From an uncultured Cellvibrio sp. (GTDB lineage Bacteria > Pseudomonadota > Gammaproteobacteria > Pseudomonadales > Cellvibrionaceae), in assembly GCA_903858205.1 (NCBI GenBank), contig CAIOHY010000438.1, positions 1 through 46,509 of the forward strand: 46,509 nucleotides of DNA. Direction: 5' to 3'. The position numbers were made by a program, and so were the translations under genes. The notes beneath the pieces were generated by a model. That model did not search any database. It saw only the letters and a list, made by a program, of their open reading frames with translations, and was not told the DNA's origin. Numbering within the stretch: position 1 is the stretch's first letter; each line of letters begins with the position of its first letter. Below are positions 7,149-16,273 of this stretch, piece after piece.

Positions 7149-9683
7149 TTACTGCAACAGCATCACTGCACTGCCCATGGCGGCGGCGCAGGTAGCTTTG
7201 ACGGTGGTAGCGGTGCGATTGCTGGTGCAACTACTGTTCGCAGCGCAAGCGGTCATACGGTCGATTAACTGGTTCAGCTCTGCACGGATCTCGGCAGGGT
7301 TGGCCTGATTGCTAAGCGCGCCGCCTGAGGCGATATCGCTCGCCAACAGGTTTTTCATTAAGGGGTCGATAATCTGGCTGCGGCCTGTGGCATCAAATGC
7401 GGTACCAGCGCCAGCACCAAAGTTGAAGCCGCTGAAGTAGCTGGCGCGCAGGCTGGTATCGTTCACCAGTGCGTTGCAGTAGGCCACGGCGAGTTGGGTC
7501 ACCCCCATTTGCTGCGCCGCCAAAAAGCCTTCGATATTGGTCAGGGTTGGCAACTGCTGTTCGACTTTGGTGTAAGTGGTTCGCACCGCTGCGGTCGTTT
7601 TGCTTACGCCGGTCATAGCAGACAGGGTGGCGTTGATCTCCGCAAAATTGCGCAGGCCGATATGCGCCTGGCCGGGAATATCGGCCGGTGTTGCAGGCGG
7701 CGGTACCACAACCTCGGCGCGGCTGTAGGTGTTGCTGCCGATCTGGTCGAAGGTGAGGAAGAACTGATCCTGATCCGGCCCCTGCTTCATCTCCACAATC
7801 GTGCCGAGTGTCGACAGGGTTTGGCGGCCTTCAACCATTTGTGCGGCGCTGATTTTGGTATCCAGATTGGCAAATACTTGGCCAATCGGTGCTTCGGTAC
7901 CGTTAACACCAATGCGCAGGCCTTTCAAATCGACTTCGCCGGTGATTTTCTGGTCGCCCAGATTGGTGAAGAAGGGCGAGCTGAACAGGTACGCATAATC
8001 GTCAAACTGCTGGACATCAAACACGATAAAGCTCTGCGGTGTGCCGACCAGTGCGGAGACGTTAAACAGCAGCAGGTATTTTGCACCTACGCCCACATCG
8101 AAGTTGGTTTTGATATCGGCAGCGCTCATGGCGCGTTTGTGAATCGCGAGGAAACGGATGCTGCCCGCCCAAGGGCGATTGTTGGATACGTCGTTGCCGA
8201 TCGCGAGGGCGAAGCTGCTGTCCCAATCTTTCAGCACCGCACCGGCGTCGGGATCAGTATCGCCGGTAAATTCGCCGTTCACATAAATGCGGCGGCCACG
8301 GATTGGGTCAAAGGTAACTACTACATGTTGCAAGCTGGCTTGAAGGATTTCTTTGTTGGGTGCCGTTGCCAGTTCATCCAAACCGTTTTCATCGCTCTTG
8401 GAGGTGCGGTTCATAAAACTGTAGTTGTACTCGTATTGGCCGAGGGTGAAGTTGCGCGTGGTATTGCTGCCCGAGTAGGTGACTATGCGCGCGGGATTGT
8501 TGTCGTTATCACCCTGCACCACGTTGTCGGGAATCACCCAGGCTTCAATGGAATACTCGCCTGCCGCGCGCAATAAATCGTAGAACTTACGGCTATCGCC
8601 GGTTGAGGCTTGTGCCTTGCCGGTATCTTTGAATTTCAAACCCCAGGCGCTGCTCCAGCCGACATTGCCTATCAAATTGAGGTTGGCGACCGGGTCTACC
8701 CCGGCGGTGTCGTAGGCGATGCTACCTTTGCCGGTTTTGAACTCGTATTTGGCGATGATATCGGTATCGATACGGCCGCCACTGGTGACGACAAAAGCAT
8801 CGCTCAGACCCACGGCTTTACTGATCACTAGCGCCGGGTCAACGGTGATGGGTGTAATGGTATTGGCAAAGGCGGTGATGGCGGCTTGCATCTCAGCGGC
8901 ATCCTGACTGCAATTGCTCCAGCAGTTATGGCCGTCGAAGGATAGGCGCTGCACAAAGCGCGAGGCGGCGGGGTTGTCCAAGCGCATACGGGTTTTGGCT
9001 GCTTCATAAGCGACTGCGATCCGGCTGCTGGCAAAGTAAGGCTGCTGGCGGGTAAGGGCGCTTTCGCTGTGGCATTGGGCACAATACTCGGTTAGCACCG
9101 GGTAAACCGTCGTTTCGAATGCTGCCGGGCTATCGGGGAATACCTTGCTGCTAGTCAGGTCTTTTTCAGCTGGTGGTGTCAGTGCCACGCTGTTGGCCGT
9201 AGTGCCGGTATTACCTGCCCAAGCGGTGATCCAGGTGGTCATGATGTCGCCACAGGCAACCGAATCGGCGAGCCAACAGTTGTGGCCGGCAGCCACTTTG
9301 GTGACCAGTCGCGATTGCGCGGGATTGCCAAGGCTTACCAAGCCGTTGTCGATCACGGCGGCGTAAGCGAGATTAATGTCGTCGCCACGGGCAAATTCCG
9401 GCGCTTGTTTACCTTGGGTATGGCAGCCACCGCAGCGGTTCTCGCGGGCGATATTGATCCACAGGTTGTTCTGGAATTTGGTGATGTCGGCCGTGGAGGC
9501 GGGATTGCTTCCCTTGTAACTGAAGTCTTCGTCGCCACCGTTGCCGGTAGTGGTGTCGGGTTTGGGTTCGGTTTTGGCACCCGAGCCCGAGCCACAACCA
9601 ACTAATGTAGTCAGCAAGGCGATAATCAATAAGCTGGAGCGTAACTGCAAAATGGGGTTTAACTGAATGCTCTTCACGGTCAT
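7149..9683 (-). CDS. Lipoprotein with two c-type heme domains and a LamG/ConA-like domain
   Basis: Lipobox LVGC; CGGCH (9420-9434) and CAQCH (9069-9083); LamG signatures YSIEAWVIP, HVVVTFD and RIYVNG. Confidence 0.85.
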   Translation of the reverse strand: MTVKSIQLNPILQLRSSLLIIALLTTLVGCGSGSGAKTEPKPDTTTGNGGDEDFSYKGSNPASTADITKFQNNLWINIARENRCGGCHTQGKQAPEFARGDDINLAYAAVIDNGLVSLGNPAQSRLVTKVAAGHNCWLADSVACGDIMTTWITAWAGNTGTTANSVALTPPAEKDLTSSKVFPDSPAAFETTVYPVLTEYCAQCHSESALTRQQPYFASSRIAVAYEAAKTRMRLDNPAASRFVQRLSFDGHNCWSNCSQDAAEMQAAITAFANTITPITVDPALVISKAVGLSDAFVVTSGGRIDTDIIAKYEFKTGKGSIAYDTAGVDPVANLNLIGNVGWSSAWGLKFKDTGKAQASTGDSRKFYDLLRAAGEYSIEAWVIPDNVVQGDNDNNPARIVTYSGSNTTRNFTLGQYEYNYSFMNRTSKSDENGLDELATAPNKEILQASLQHVVVTFDPIRGRRIYVNGEFTGDTDPDAGAVLKDWDSSFALAIGNDVSNNRPWAGSIRFLAIHKRAMSAADIKTNFDVGVGAKYLLLFNVSALVGTPQSFIVFDVQQFDDYAYLFSSPFFTNLGDQKITGEVDLKGLRIGVNGTEAPIGQVFANLDTKISAAQMVEGRQTLSTLGTIVEMKQGPDQDQFFLTFDQIGSNTYSRAEVVVPPPATPADIPGQAHIGLRNFAEINATLSAMTGVSKTTAAVRTTYTKVEQQLPTLTNIEGFLAAQQMGVTQLAVAYCNALVNDTSLRASYFSGFNFGAGAGTAFDATGRSQIIDPLMKNLLASDIASGGALSNQANPAEIRAELNQLIDRMTACAANSSCTSNRTATTVKATCAAAMGSAVMLLQ

Positions 9684-9688
9684 CTCCC

Positions 9689-10927
9689 CTATTGGCCTTT
9701 GCAGTAGTTGGCGGTATCGATAAACACCTGCTTCAACTTGTAGTTACTAGCGGCAAAGTTCTGGGTAAATTCCTCGACTTTGGCTCTATCGGTCGCATCG
9801 CCCGGTTTGCGCAGGCACAGGTTTTGGAACACTTTTTCGACCTGACAACTGGCAAAGGCTTTCGAGTGCGCCAGCTCCATATTCATGCTCTTGGCGCCAC
9901 TGCCCATGCCGGTCAATGCGGGTGAATTCCATGCCCAACCCAAATGGCTGTTCTGACCCTTGCGCCAGTAGTTTTGCCAATCATCGTTAGTGGTCACGTA
10001 ACCGGGTTTGAAGGTGGAGCTGTTGATGCGGTATTTCTTTTCGACCCGACTATTGGTATCCGGGTCGATAACACCTTCGGCGTTGTAGTGAATGGCGCCA
10101 TTCACGCCATCCGGGTCGGCGGCGATATCGAATTCGTAATCGTAGTAGGCGTAGGCTTTAGCCATAGGATCCATACCATTGTGGCAGCCGACGCAGTTGT
10201 TCAAGAACACACGGCTATCGCCACCGGGGCTGCGGCTCACATCCTGACGGATAAAATCGGGCACGAGTGAGGTGTCGTGCACTTGCTCCAAATCGCGGCA
10301 CAGGTGGTTGACCAAGGTAAAGCGGAACATGGCGCGATTGGTTCCGGCGATAAAAAACGCCTTGGCTGCCGCGCGGCTGGTGATAATGCCGGAGGTTGCC
10401 GGTGCAGGAAGCCCGTTTATGGTTGATTGGGTGCGGCGCACCAGCGTGTCTTTCAGGCTGACCCCCTGACTTTCAAGCGCTTCGTAGTGGTCATTGTTGC
10501 TATTGGAATAGGCAGGCAAACCATTGGCATTACTGGTGTAAATAACATCATCGTAAAGCGCGGTGCGGAAGTCGGCATCGTCGCGCACCAGGCCGATGAT
10601 AGTGGCGGTGTAATCGTTGAGCGGGGCAAAGACAGTTTGGTCGCGGTTGGTCCAGGGCGTCGCCATATTCTTGAGCGTCACGCTGTAAAACGACTCGTTA
10701 TTCATGGCGATTTTCACCGCCTCGGCGACCTGGCCTGCATCGATTTGTGCGGCCATTTGCAGCAGCACCGTTTCCGATGGCGGAACACCCGCAACCCGGT
10801 TGTGGATTTGCACGGCCTGCTCGCGCGAGCCCGCTTGCGCAACGCTTGCCGCCAGACCCAGGCTGGCAATAAGAAGGCCTGTGCCCAGCCTGGCGAATAG
10901 CTGGCGCAGTAGAGACTGATTATTCAC
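9689..10927 (-). CDS. Exported monoheme c protein, DUF1588/DUF1585-like
   Basis: Start re-called to GTG 10927 (GGGAG RBS); signal peptide ending AQA; CVGCHNGMDP (CxxCH at 10181-10195); C-terminal AFASCQVEKVF..LRKP segment. Confidence 0.8.
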   Translation of the reverse strand: MNNQSLLRQLFARLGTGLLIASLGLAASVAQAGSREQAVQIHNRVAGVPPSETVLLQMAAQIDAGQVAEAVKIAMNNESFYSVTLKNMATPWTNRDQTVFAPLNDYTATIIGLVRDDADFRTALYDDVIYTSNANGLPAYSNSNNDHYEALESQGVSLKDTLVRRTQSTINGLPAPATSGIITSRAAAKAFFIAGTNRAMFRFTLVNHLCRDLEQVHDTSLVPDFIRQDVSRSPGGDSRVFLNNCVGCHNGMDPMAKAYAYYDYEFDIAADPDGVNGAIHYNAEGVIDPDTNSRVEKKYRINSSTFKPGYVTTNDDWQNYWRKGQNSHLGWAWNSPALTGMGSGAKSMNMELAHSKAFASCQVEKVFQNLCLRKPGDATDRAKVEEFTQNFAASNYKLKQVFIDTANYCKGQ

Positions 10928-11209
10928 GGTTGCTCCCAAATAGGTTGTTGCCTGCGCAGTGCGTGAGGGCAATCTTGTCGCTGGAGAAGAGTATGGTGCG
11001 AGTATAGACCGGGTAGTGGTATAAACCTGTGCCCAGCTAGCGCAAGCGGCTGCCGACTCAATCACATTACCGTAAATCAAGCTAGGTGATTGGTTATAAG
11101 AAAACTGAAAGTAAGCGCCTCCTAATCTGTTAGCGTGAATGGGATCAGGGTGTGTGCTTTATCGTCTATGTAAATCAAGAGTTGTAATCCTCATGGAAGT
11201 ATTGATCTT

Positions 11210-12351
11210 ATGGTGATCGCTATCGTTTTGTTCTTGCTAAGTGTCACGGCTATTTGGCTTGGTCTCGTTTATGCGAAGTATCGAATCGCTCAAGTGCCGG
11301 ATAAAAAAAATCTTCAAGCTGCAATTGATATTGAAGTTAACAAAGCCCTGCGCGCAGATTGTTGCCGGGTTTGGTGGTAGGTGTTTACAAGAATGGACGA
11401 GTAGTCATTAAGGGGTATGGAAGTGTCATAAAAGAAACGGATGCAGAACCCCTCGCAAGCACGGTATTTCAGATAGGCTCGCTCAGCAAAGTCTTCACCG
11501 CTACGCTTGTGCAGGTCTTGTGCGACGAAGGTGTAATTGCAATCGATGCAACACTGGGCGAACTGATTGGTCGCTCAGTACCTTTGTCGCCCGCGGTTCA
11601 GTCGGTCACCTTGAGGCAGCTGGTGACGCACACATCCGGTTTAGCTTCCATTCCCAAGTCGCTGGGGGAAAAACTTATCGGTCTGGTCGGCAAAGAGAAT
11701 CTATTGGTTAATCCCTACAGTCACCTTGAGCCAGAGCTTGTGTTCGATTACTTGGCCACTGCGCAGGATAAGCGCCCGCCCGGTCGATTTGCGTATTCCA
11801 ACCTGGGTATGGGGCTGGTGGGGCATGTGTTGGAGATGGTTTCAGGAAAGCGCTACGAAACACTGGTGATAGAAAAAGTGCTGGAGCCTTTGGGAATGAA
11901 GGCTACGGCGATAAGTGCAACCGCAGAGATGAATGCGCACTTGGCGCAAGGATACACCGCCAAGGGTGTCGCTACAGGTGTCTGGACCTTTGCGTCACTG
12001 GCCGCCGCAGGGGCGTTTTATTCCACTGCGGAAAATATGATGCGGTTTATTCAAGCCAATCTTGAGGGCGAAACCGCTATCTCGTCGCCATTGCAGAAAA
12101 TGCGTGAGCCGCAGGCTGGCGGGCGCACGGGCATTGGTTGGCTGCAACCGGGATTCTTGGATCGCTTTTTCGGGAATTCGACTCTGGTGTGGCACAACGG
12201 GATGGTGGGCGGCTATGCCTCTTATCTTTCGGTTGATGCCGCTAACCGCACCGGCGTTGTCATTCTCGCCAACCAAGCAACCTCGGTGGATATGCTGGGT
12301 ATGATGCTCAACCGACAGCTGCGTACCCAGTCATGGTCAGATGCGATCTGA
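11210..12351 (+). pseudogene. Frameshifted serine hydrolase (beta-lactamase/AmpC-like family)
   Basis: The catalytic ORF 11359-12351 has SLSK, YSN and HNG motifs, but its frame is closed at 11338-11340. The membrane-anchor N-terminus starts at ATG 11210 in another frame. Adding one T at about 11359 fuses the two. Confidence 0.75.
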
Positions 12352-12547
12352 GTGTGAGCGGCTTTTACTGCCTTTCGTGATTAAATCGAGAGAATAGAGA
12401 ATAGCTTTGGCTGACAATCATTTTACCGGCGCGCGCGGCTGTCTTTCTTGGCAAGAGCGGCTATAACTTCTCCAATCATTCACATCCGGTGCAACCTGCG
12501 CCCTCCTCGGCAGGGCTGTTAAGTCAGAGCGATATAAGGCAAATGCT

Positions 12548-15454
12548 ATGAATCTCCGCGAGTCTTTTCTTCGCCATCGTCAATTATTGGCTGCGAGCCT
12601 AGTGCTGCTAGGCTTGGGTGCCTGCGGTGGCGGTGGCGGCGGGGGAGGGGGTGGCAGCAGTGATGGTGGCCAAAAGCCTGATCCGGTCGCGGTGGATTTG
12701 CCGATTGCCTATATTGAGCGCCCCATCCCGGTCGATGAGGACGGTGAGCCGGTATTTCCCGATGTATTTGAGCCGGCTGCATTCAACCCTGGCGCCAAAC
12801 TTATTTTGAAAGAGCGTGCGACGGCGCAAGCAACACCGGTCGATATCAGCTCTGCAGCCTTTCCGCTGGCGGATTTTCCGGTCGCCGATTTCCCTGATGG
12901 CCCACTCTACGATGTCAAAGATCTCTCGGTAAGCCCGGACGGCCAGCGCCTGATTTTTGCCATGCGCGCGCCCGAGATTGAAGATGCCGATGAGGAAGAC
13001 CAGCCCACCTGGAATATCTGGGAGTACCAGCTCGAAACCAAGGTGCTACGCCGGATTATCAGTGCCGACATAGTGGCGGAGGCGGGGCAGGATATCTCCC
13101 CGCGCTATCTGCCTGATGGCCGCATTCTGTTTGCATCCACGCGACAAACGCGCAGCAAGGCGATCCTGCTGGATGATGGCAAGCCCCAGTACTCCGCTGG
13201 CACTGAAGATGACCGCAACGAGCCTGCTTATGTGCTGCATACCATGAAGGATGATGGCACCGATATCCAGCAAATCACCTACAACCAAAGTCATGATATT
13301 CAGCCGGGGTTGCTGCCCGATGGGCGGATTTTTTACACCCGCTGGGATGGATTGGTTGGCGATAATCTCAGTTTTTATACCGTCAATCCTGACGGTACCA
13401 ACAGCCAGATTTACTACGGCTACAACAGTCTTAACCAGGAGCCGGAGGATGATACTCAGGAAATTCCGCGCCTGTTCCACGTAAACCCGATGCCAGATGG
13501 CCGTATTGCAGCGATTCTCAAGCCCAGCGGCGCCCTGCTTGGTGGCGATATGGTGCTCATCGATGGCGCTGGTTTTAGCGAAAACAATCGTTCTGTGCCG
13601 GGCGCCAAAGCCATAGGTGCTGCGGGGCAGGAGCGCATCTCCATACTGCCGGTGAATATTCGTGAAGGCGATACTGAAGTATCGGTACATGGGCGGTTTG
13701 CATCTCTTTATCCACTTTATGACGGCACTAATCGCCTGCTGGTGAGCTGGAGCCAATGCCGATTGCAGGAGCCAGCGACCGAGCGCCTCTTGCCCTGCAC
13801 CGAACCCAATCTCGCTATCCCCGGTATTGAAGAGGCGGAGCCTTTTTACGGGATCTGGATCTACAACATCGCCCAGCAAACCCAGCAGCCGGTGGTGCTG
13901 GCCAAACCGGGTGTGATCTATAGCGAGGCGGTCTCGCTGGAAAAAATTACCCCTCCAACCTTTTTTCGCTCCTCAATCGATACGCAGTTAGCGCAGGAAG
14001 CTGTGGGCGTGCTGCATATCCGCAGTGTCTACGACTTTGATGGCAGCTTTGCCCGCTATGGTTTTAATCAGGCACCGGCGAGTCTCGCGGCCATGGCGGC
14101 GGCGCCTGCCGACGAGCGCCCCGCACGCTTTTTACGCCTCATCAAAGCCGTGTCTATGCCTGATGAAGATACGCTCGATTTTGATGGCTCGGCCTTTGGT
14201 GTCAGCGGTGGAGTAATGCGCGAAGTGCTGGGTTATGTGCCCATCGAACCTGATGGTTCGGTGAAAGCAAAAGTACCTGCGGATGTGGCGTTTACCATCG
14301 AAATCCTGGATGCCAAAGGGCGTCGCATCGGTGCTAGGCATAACAATTGGTTGCAGCTGCGGCCGGGTGAAGTGCGCGAATGCAACGGCTGCCACGATAA
14401 CCGAAACGATGTCGCTCATGGGCGCGCTGGCGCCGAGGCTGCCGCACTTAACCAAGGTGCTGCTACCAGCGGAATGCCGTTTGCGAATAGCGTCCGCTTC
14501 GATGCTCTAGGGACTCCTGTCACCCCGATGATGGGCGAAACTATGGCGGAATTTGCGGCTCGCTCCACCTTCTGCGAAACCCCCGGCAACCCGGCGAGCT
14601 GCGCCCCCATCGCTTTGCGACAGCCGAGTGTGGATATTGTGTTTAACGATGAGTGGACTGATCCGGCGGTGCGCCCAAGGGTGGCGAGTTTTGAATATCG
14701 TTATTCCGCCTTAGCCGAGGATCCAACGCAAATCGCCGCACCCACCACCGAGGCCTGCATCGACCCTGATGGTTGGAGCAGTCTCTGCCGCATCATCATC
14801 AACTATGAAACTCACATCCAACCCTTGTGGGAGCGCAGCCGAATAGTGGATGCCGTGGAGCGGCAGTGCACGGGTTGTCACAGCCGCAACACTACCGATG
14901 CCAACGGCAACGCACTGGTGCAGGTTCCTGCCGGTCAGCTAGAGTTGACTGATCAGCTGTCTGATTTAAACAACGACCTGATAGCCTCGTATTTGGAGTT
15001 GCTGGTGGACGATTTCAGTCAGGTGCTCACCGATGATTTGGCAGGGCTCACTGACAATATTCCTGTGTGTGAGTTTGTGGTGGATGACGACGCCATACCG
15101 GAATGTCTCGTGACTGTTGATCTTGAGGGAAATCCTACCTGCGATGGCGTTGCGGATTGCCCATTTGTCGAGCGCGATGTCACGTCTGAAACTGGCGTGG
15201 TAACGCGCGAGCTGGTGCTTGGCGCCGATGGAAATCCCATCCCGCTGACCGAGCAGCTCGAAGTGCCTGCTTCTATGTCGGCTGGCGGCGCTCGCGCCAG
15301 CGCCCGGTTTTTTAATCGCTTTGCCAATTTTGATGCGGCGACGGATACTGTCGATCATCGTGGCTGGCTCAATCCGAGCGAGTTGAAGCTATTGGCAGAG
15401 TGGTTGGATATTCGCGCGGCCTATTACAACAATCCTTTTGATTCGGTAGATTGA
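12548..15454 (+). CDS. Lipoprotein with TolB-like beta-propeller, hydrazine-synthase-alpha (HzsA)-like middle domain and two CxxCH motifs
   Basis: Lipobox LGAC plus Gly10; PD40-like repeats (SPDGQRLIF, LPDGRILF, LPDGRIFY, MPDGRIA); VPIEPDGSVKAKVPAD...LRPGEVRECNGCH (14381-14395); CTGCH (14867-14881). Confidence 0.85.
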   Translation: MNLRESFLRHRQLLAASLVLLGLGACGGGGGGGGGGSSDGGQKPDPVAVDLPIAYIERPIPVDEDGEPVFPDVFEPAAFNPGAKLILKERATAQATPVDISSAAFPLADFPVADFPDGPLYDVKDLSVSPDGQRLIFAMRAPEIEDADEEDQPTWNIWEYQLETKVLRRIISADIVAEAGQDISPRYLPDGRILFASTRQTRSKAILLDDGKPQYSAGTEDDRNEPAYVLHTMKDDGTDIQQITYNQSHDIQPGLLPDGRIFYTRWDGLVGDNLSFYTVNPDGTNSQIYYGYNSLNQEPEDDTQEIPRLFHVNPMPDGRIAAILKPSGALLGGDMVLIDGAGFSENNRSVPGAKAIGAAGQERISILPVNIREGDTEVSVHGRFASLYPLYDGTNRLLVSWSQCRLQEPATERLLPCTEPNLAIPGIEEAEPFYGIWIYNIAQQTQQPVVLAKPGVIYSEAVSLEKITPPTFFRSSIDTQLAQEAVGVLHIRSVYDFDGSFARYGFNQAPASLAAMAAAPADERPARFLRLIKAVSMPDEDTLDFDGSAFGVSGGVMREVLGYVPIEPDGSVKAKVPADVAFTIEILDAKGRRIGARHNNWLQLRPGEVRECNGCHDNRNDVAHGRAGAEAAALNQGAATSGMPFANSVRFDALGTPVTPMMGETMAEFAARSTFCETPGNPASCAPIALRQPSVDIVFNDEWTDPAVRPRVASFEYRYSALAEDPTQIAAPTTEACIDPDGWSSLCRIIINYETHIQPLWERSRIVDAVERQCTGCHSRNTTDANGNALVQVPAGQLELTDQLSDLNNDLIASYLELLVDDFSQVLTDDLAGLTDNIPVCEFVVDDDAIPECLVTVDLEGNPTCDGVADCPFVERDVTSETGVVTRELVLGADGNPIPLTEQLEVPASMSAGGARASARFFNRFANFDAATDTVDHRGWLNPSELKLLAEWLDIRAAYYNNPFDSVD

Positions 15455-15460
15455 TTCTCA

Positions 15461-16273
15461 ATGACGATTTTCGGCGCATCACAACAACAAAAACACTCGC
15501 GCATCTGTTCATTGATCGGGCGTTTGCTGCTGGGTTGCTTGCTGCTCGCCGGCCAGCCTGTTTTCGCGCAGGGTTGGTTTAGCAATTGGTTTACCGCTGA
15601 CGAACCACTGCAAGTGAGTATCGATGACGCCTTTATCAATGTGTATTCAGGCCCCGGGCGCGGCTATCCGATTTTTCATGTGGTCGAGCGCGAAGAAATT
15701 ATCACTCTGTTAAAAAGTCGCACTGAGTGGATCAAGATTAAAACCAAGCGGGGCATTGTCGGTTGGATCAAGCGGGAGGATATGCAATTTACCCTCGCAC
15801 TGGATGGCAGCAAGCCTGAATTTCCCGACAGTAAACAAGTCGATTATTTAGTTGACCGTTTTGAAATGGGCGCGGCTTACGGCGACTTTGCTGGTGCTGA
15901 CAGCTTGACCATGAATCTGGGTTATCGCTTCACCAAAAATTTATCGGCAGAAGTGCGCTACGCGGAAAATACCGGACAATTTTCTGACAGCCAAATTGTT
16001 GCTGGCGGTCTTCTGTTTCAACCCTTTCCCGAGTTGCGTGCATCGCCTTTTTTTGGCGTCGGTGGCGGTAACATTAAAATCTTCCCCAGCTCGACATTAG
16101 TGCAGACGGAAGATCGTGAAGACACCGTTTTACAGGCCAGCTTAGGTACCTATGTGCATATCACTGGCCGTTTTTTTCTGCGGGTGGAATACACCAATCA
16201 CTACATACTCACCAGCCGCAATACCAATGACGAGGTTAATGAATGGAAAGTTGGATTCAACGTCTTTTTCTAG
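15461..16273 (+). CDS. SH3b-domain plus outer-membrane beta-barrel protein
   Basis: Signal peptide ending VFA; INVYSGPGRGYPI...EWIKIK..GIVGWI SH3b pattern; amphipathic strands and C-terminal Phe. Confidence 0.8.
   Translation: MTIFGASQQQKHSRICSLIGRLLLGCLLLAGQPVFAQGWFSNWFTADEPLQVSIDDAFINVYSGPGRGYPIFHVVEREEIITLLKSRTEWIKIKTKRGIVGWIKREDMQFTLALDGSKPEFPDSKQVDYLVDRFEMGAAYGDFAGADSLTMNLGYRFTKNLSAEVRYAENTGQFSDSQIVAGGLLFQPFPELRASPFFGVGGGNIKIFPSSTLVQTEDREDTVLQASLGTYVHITGRFFLRVEYTNHYILTSRNTNDEVNEWKVGFNVFF

Noticed and set aside
5617-8576. Long plus-strand ORFs 5617-6519 and 7494-8576
   Set aside because: Antisense shadows of well-supported minus-strand genes; no motifs or RBS.
11359-12351. Functional antibiotic-resistance beta-lactamase
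   Set aside because: Only generic serine-hydrolase motifs (HNG rather than KTG), and the gene is frameshifted away from its export anchor.
13046-13879. 277-aa minus-strand ORF
   Set aside because: Shadow of the HzsA-like gene.
12548-15454. Anammox or hydrazine synthesis capacity
   Set aside because: No hzsB, hzsC or hydrazine dehydrogenase gene in the window; lipoprotein context in an ordinary gammaproteobacterial chromosome.
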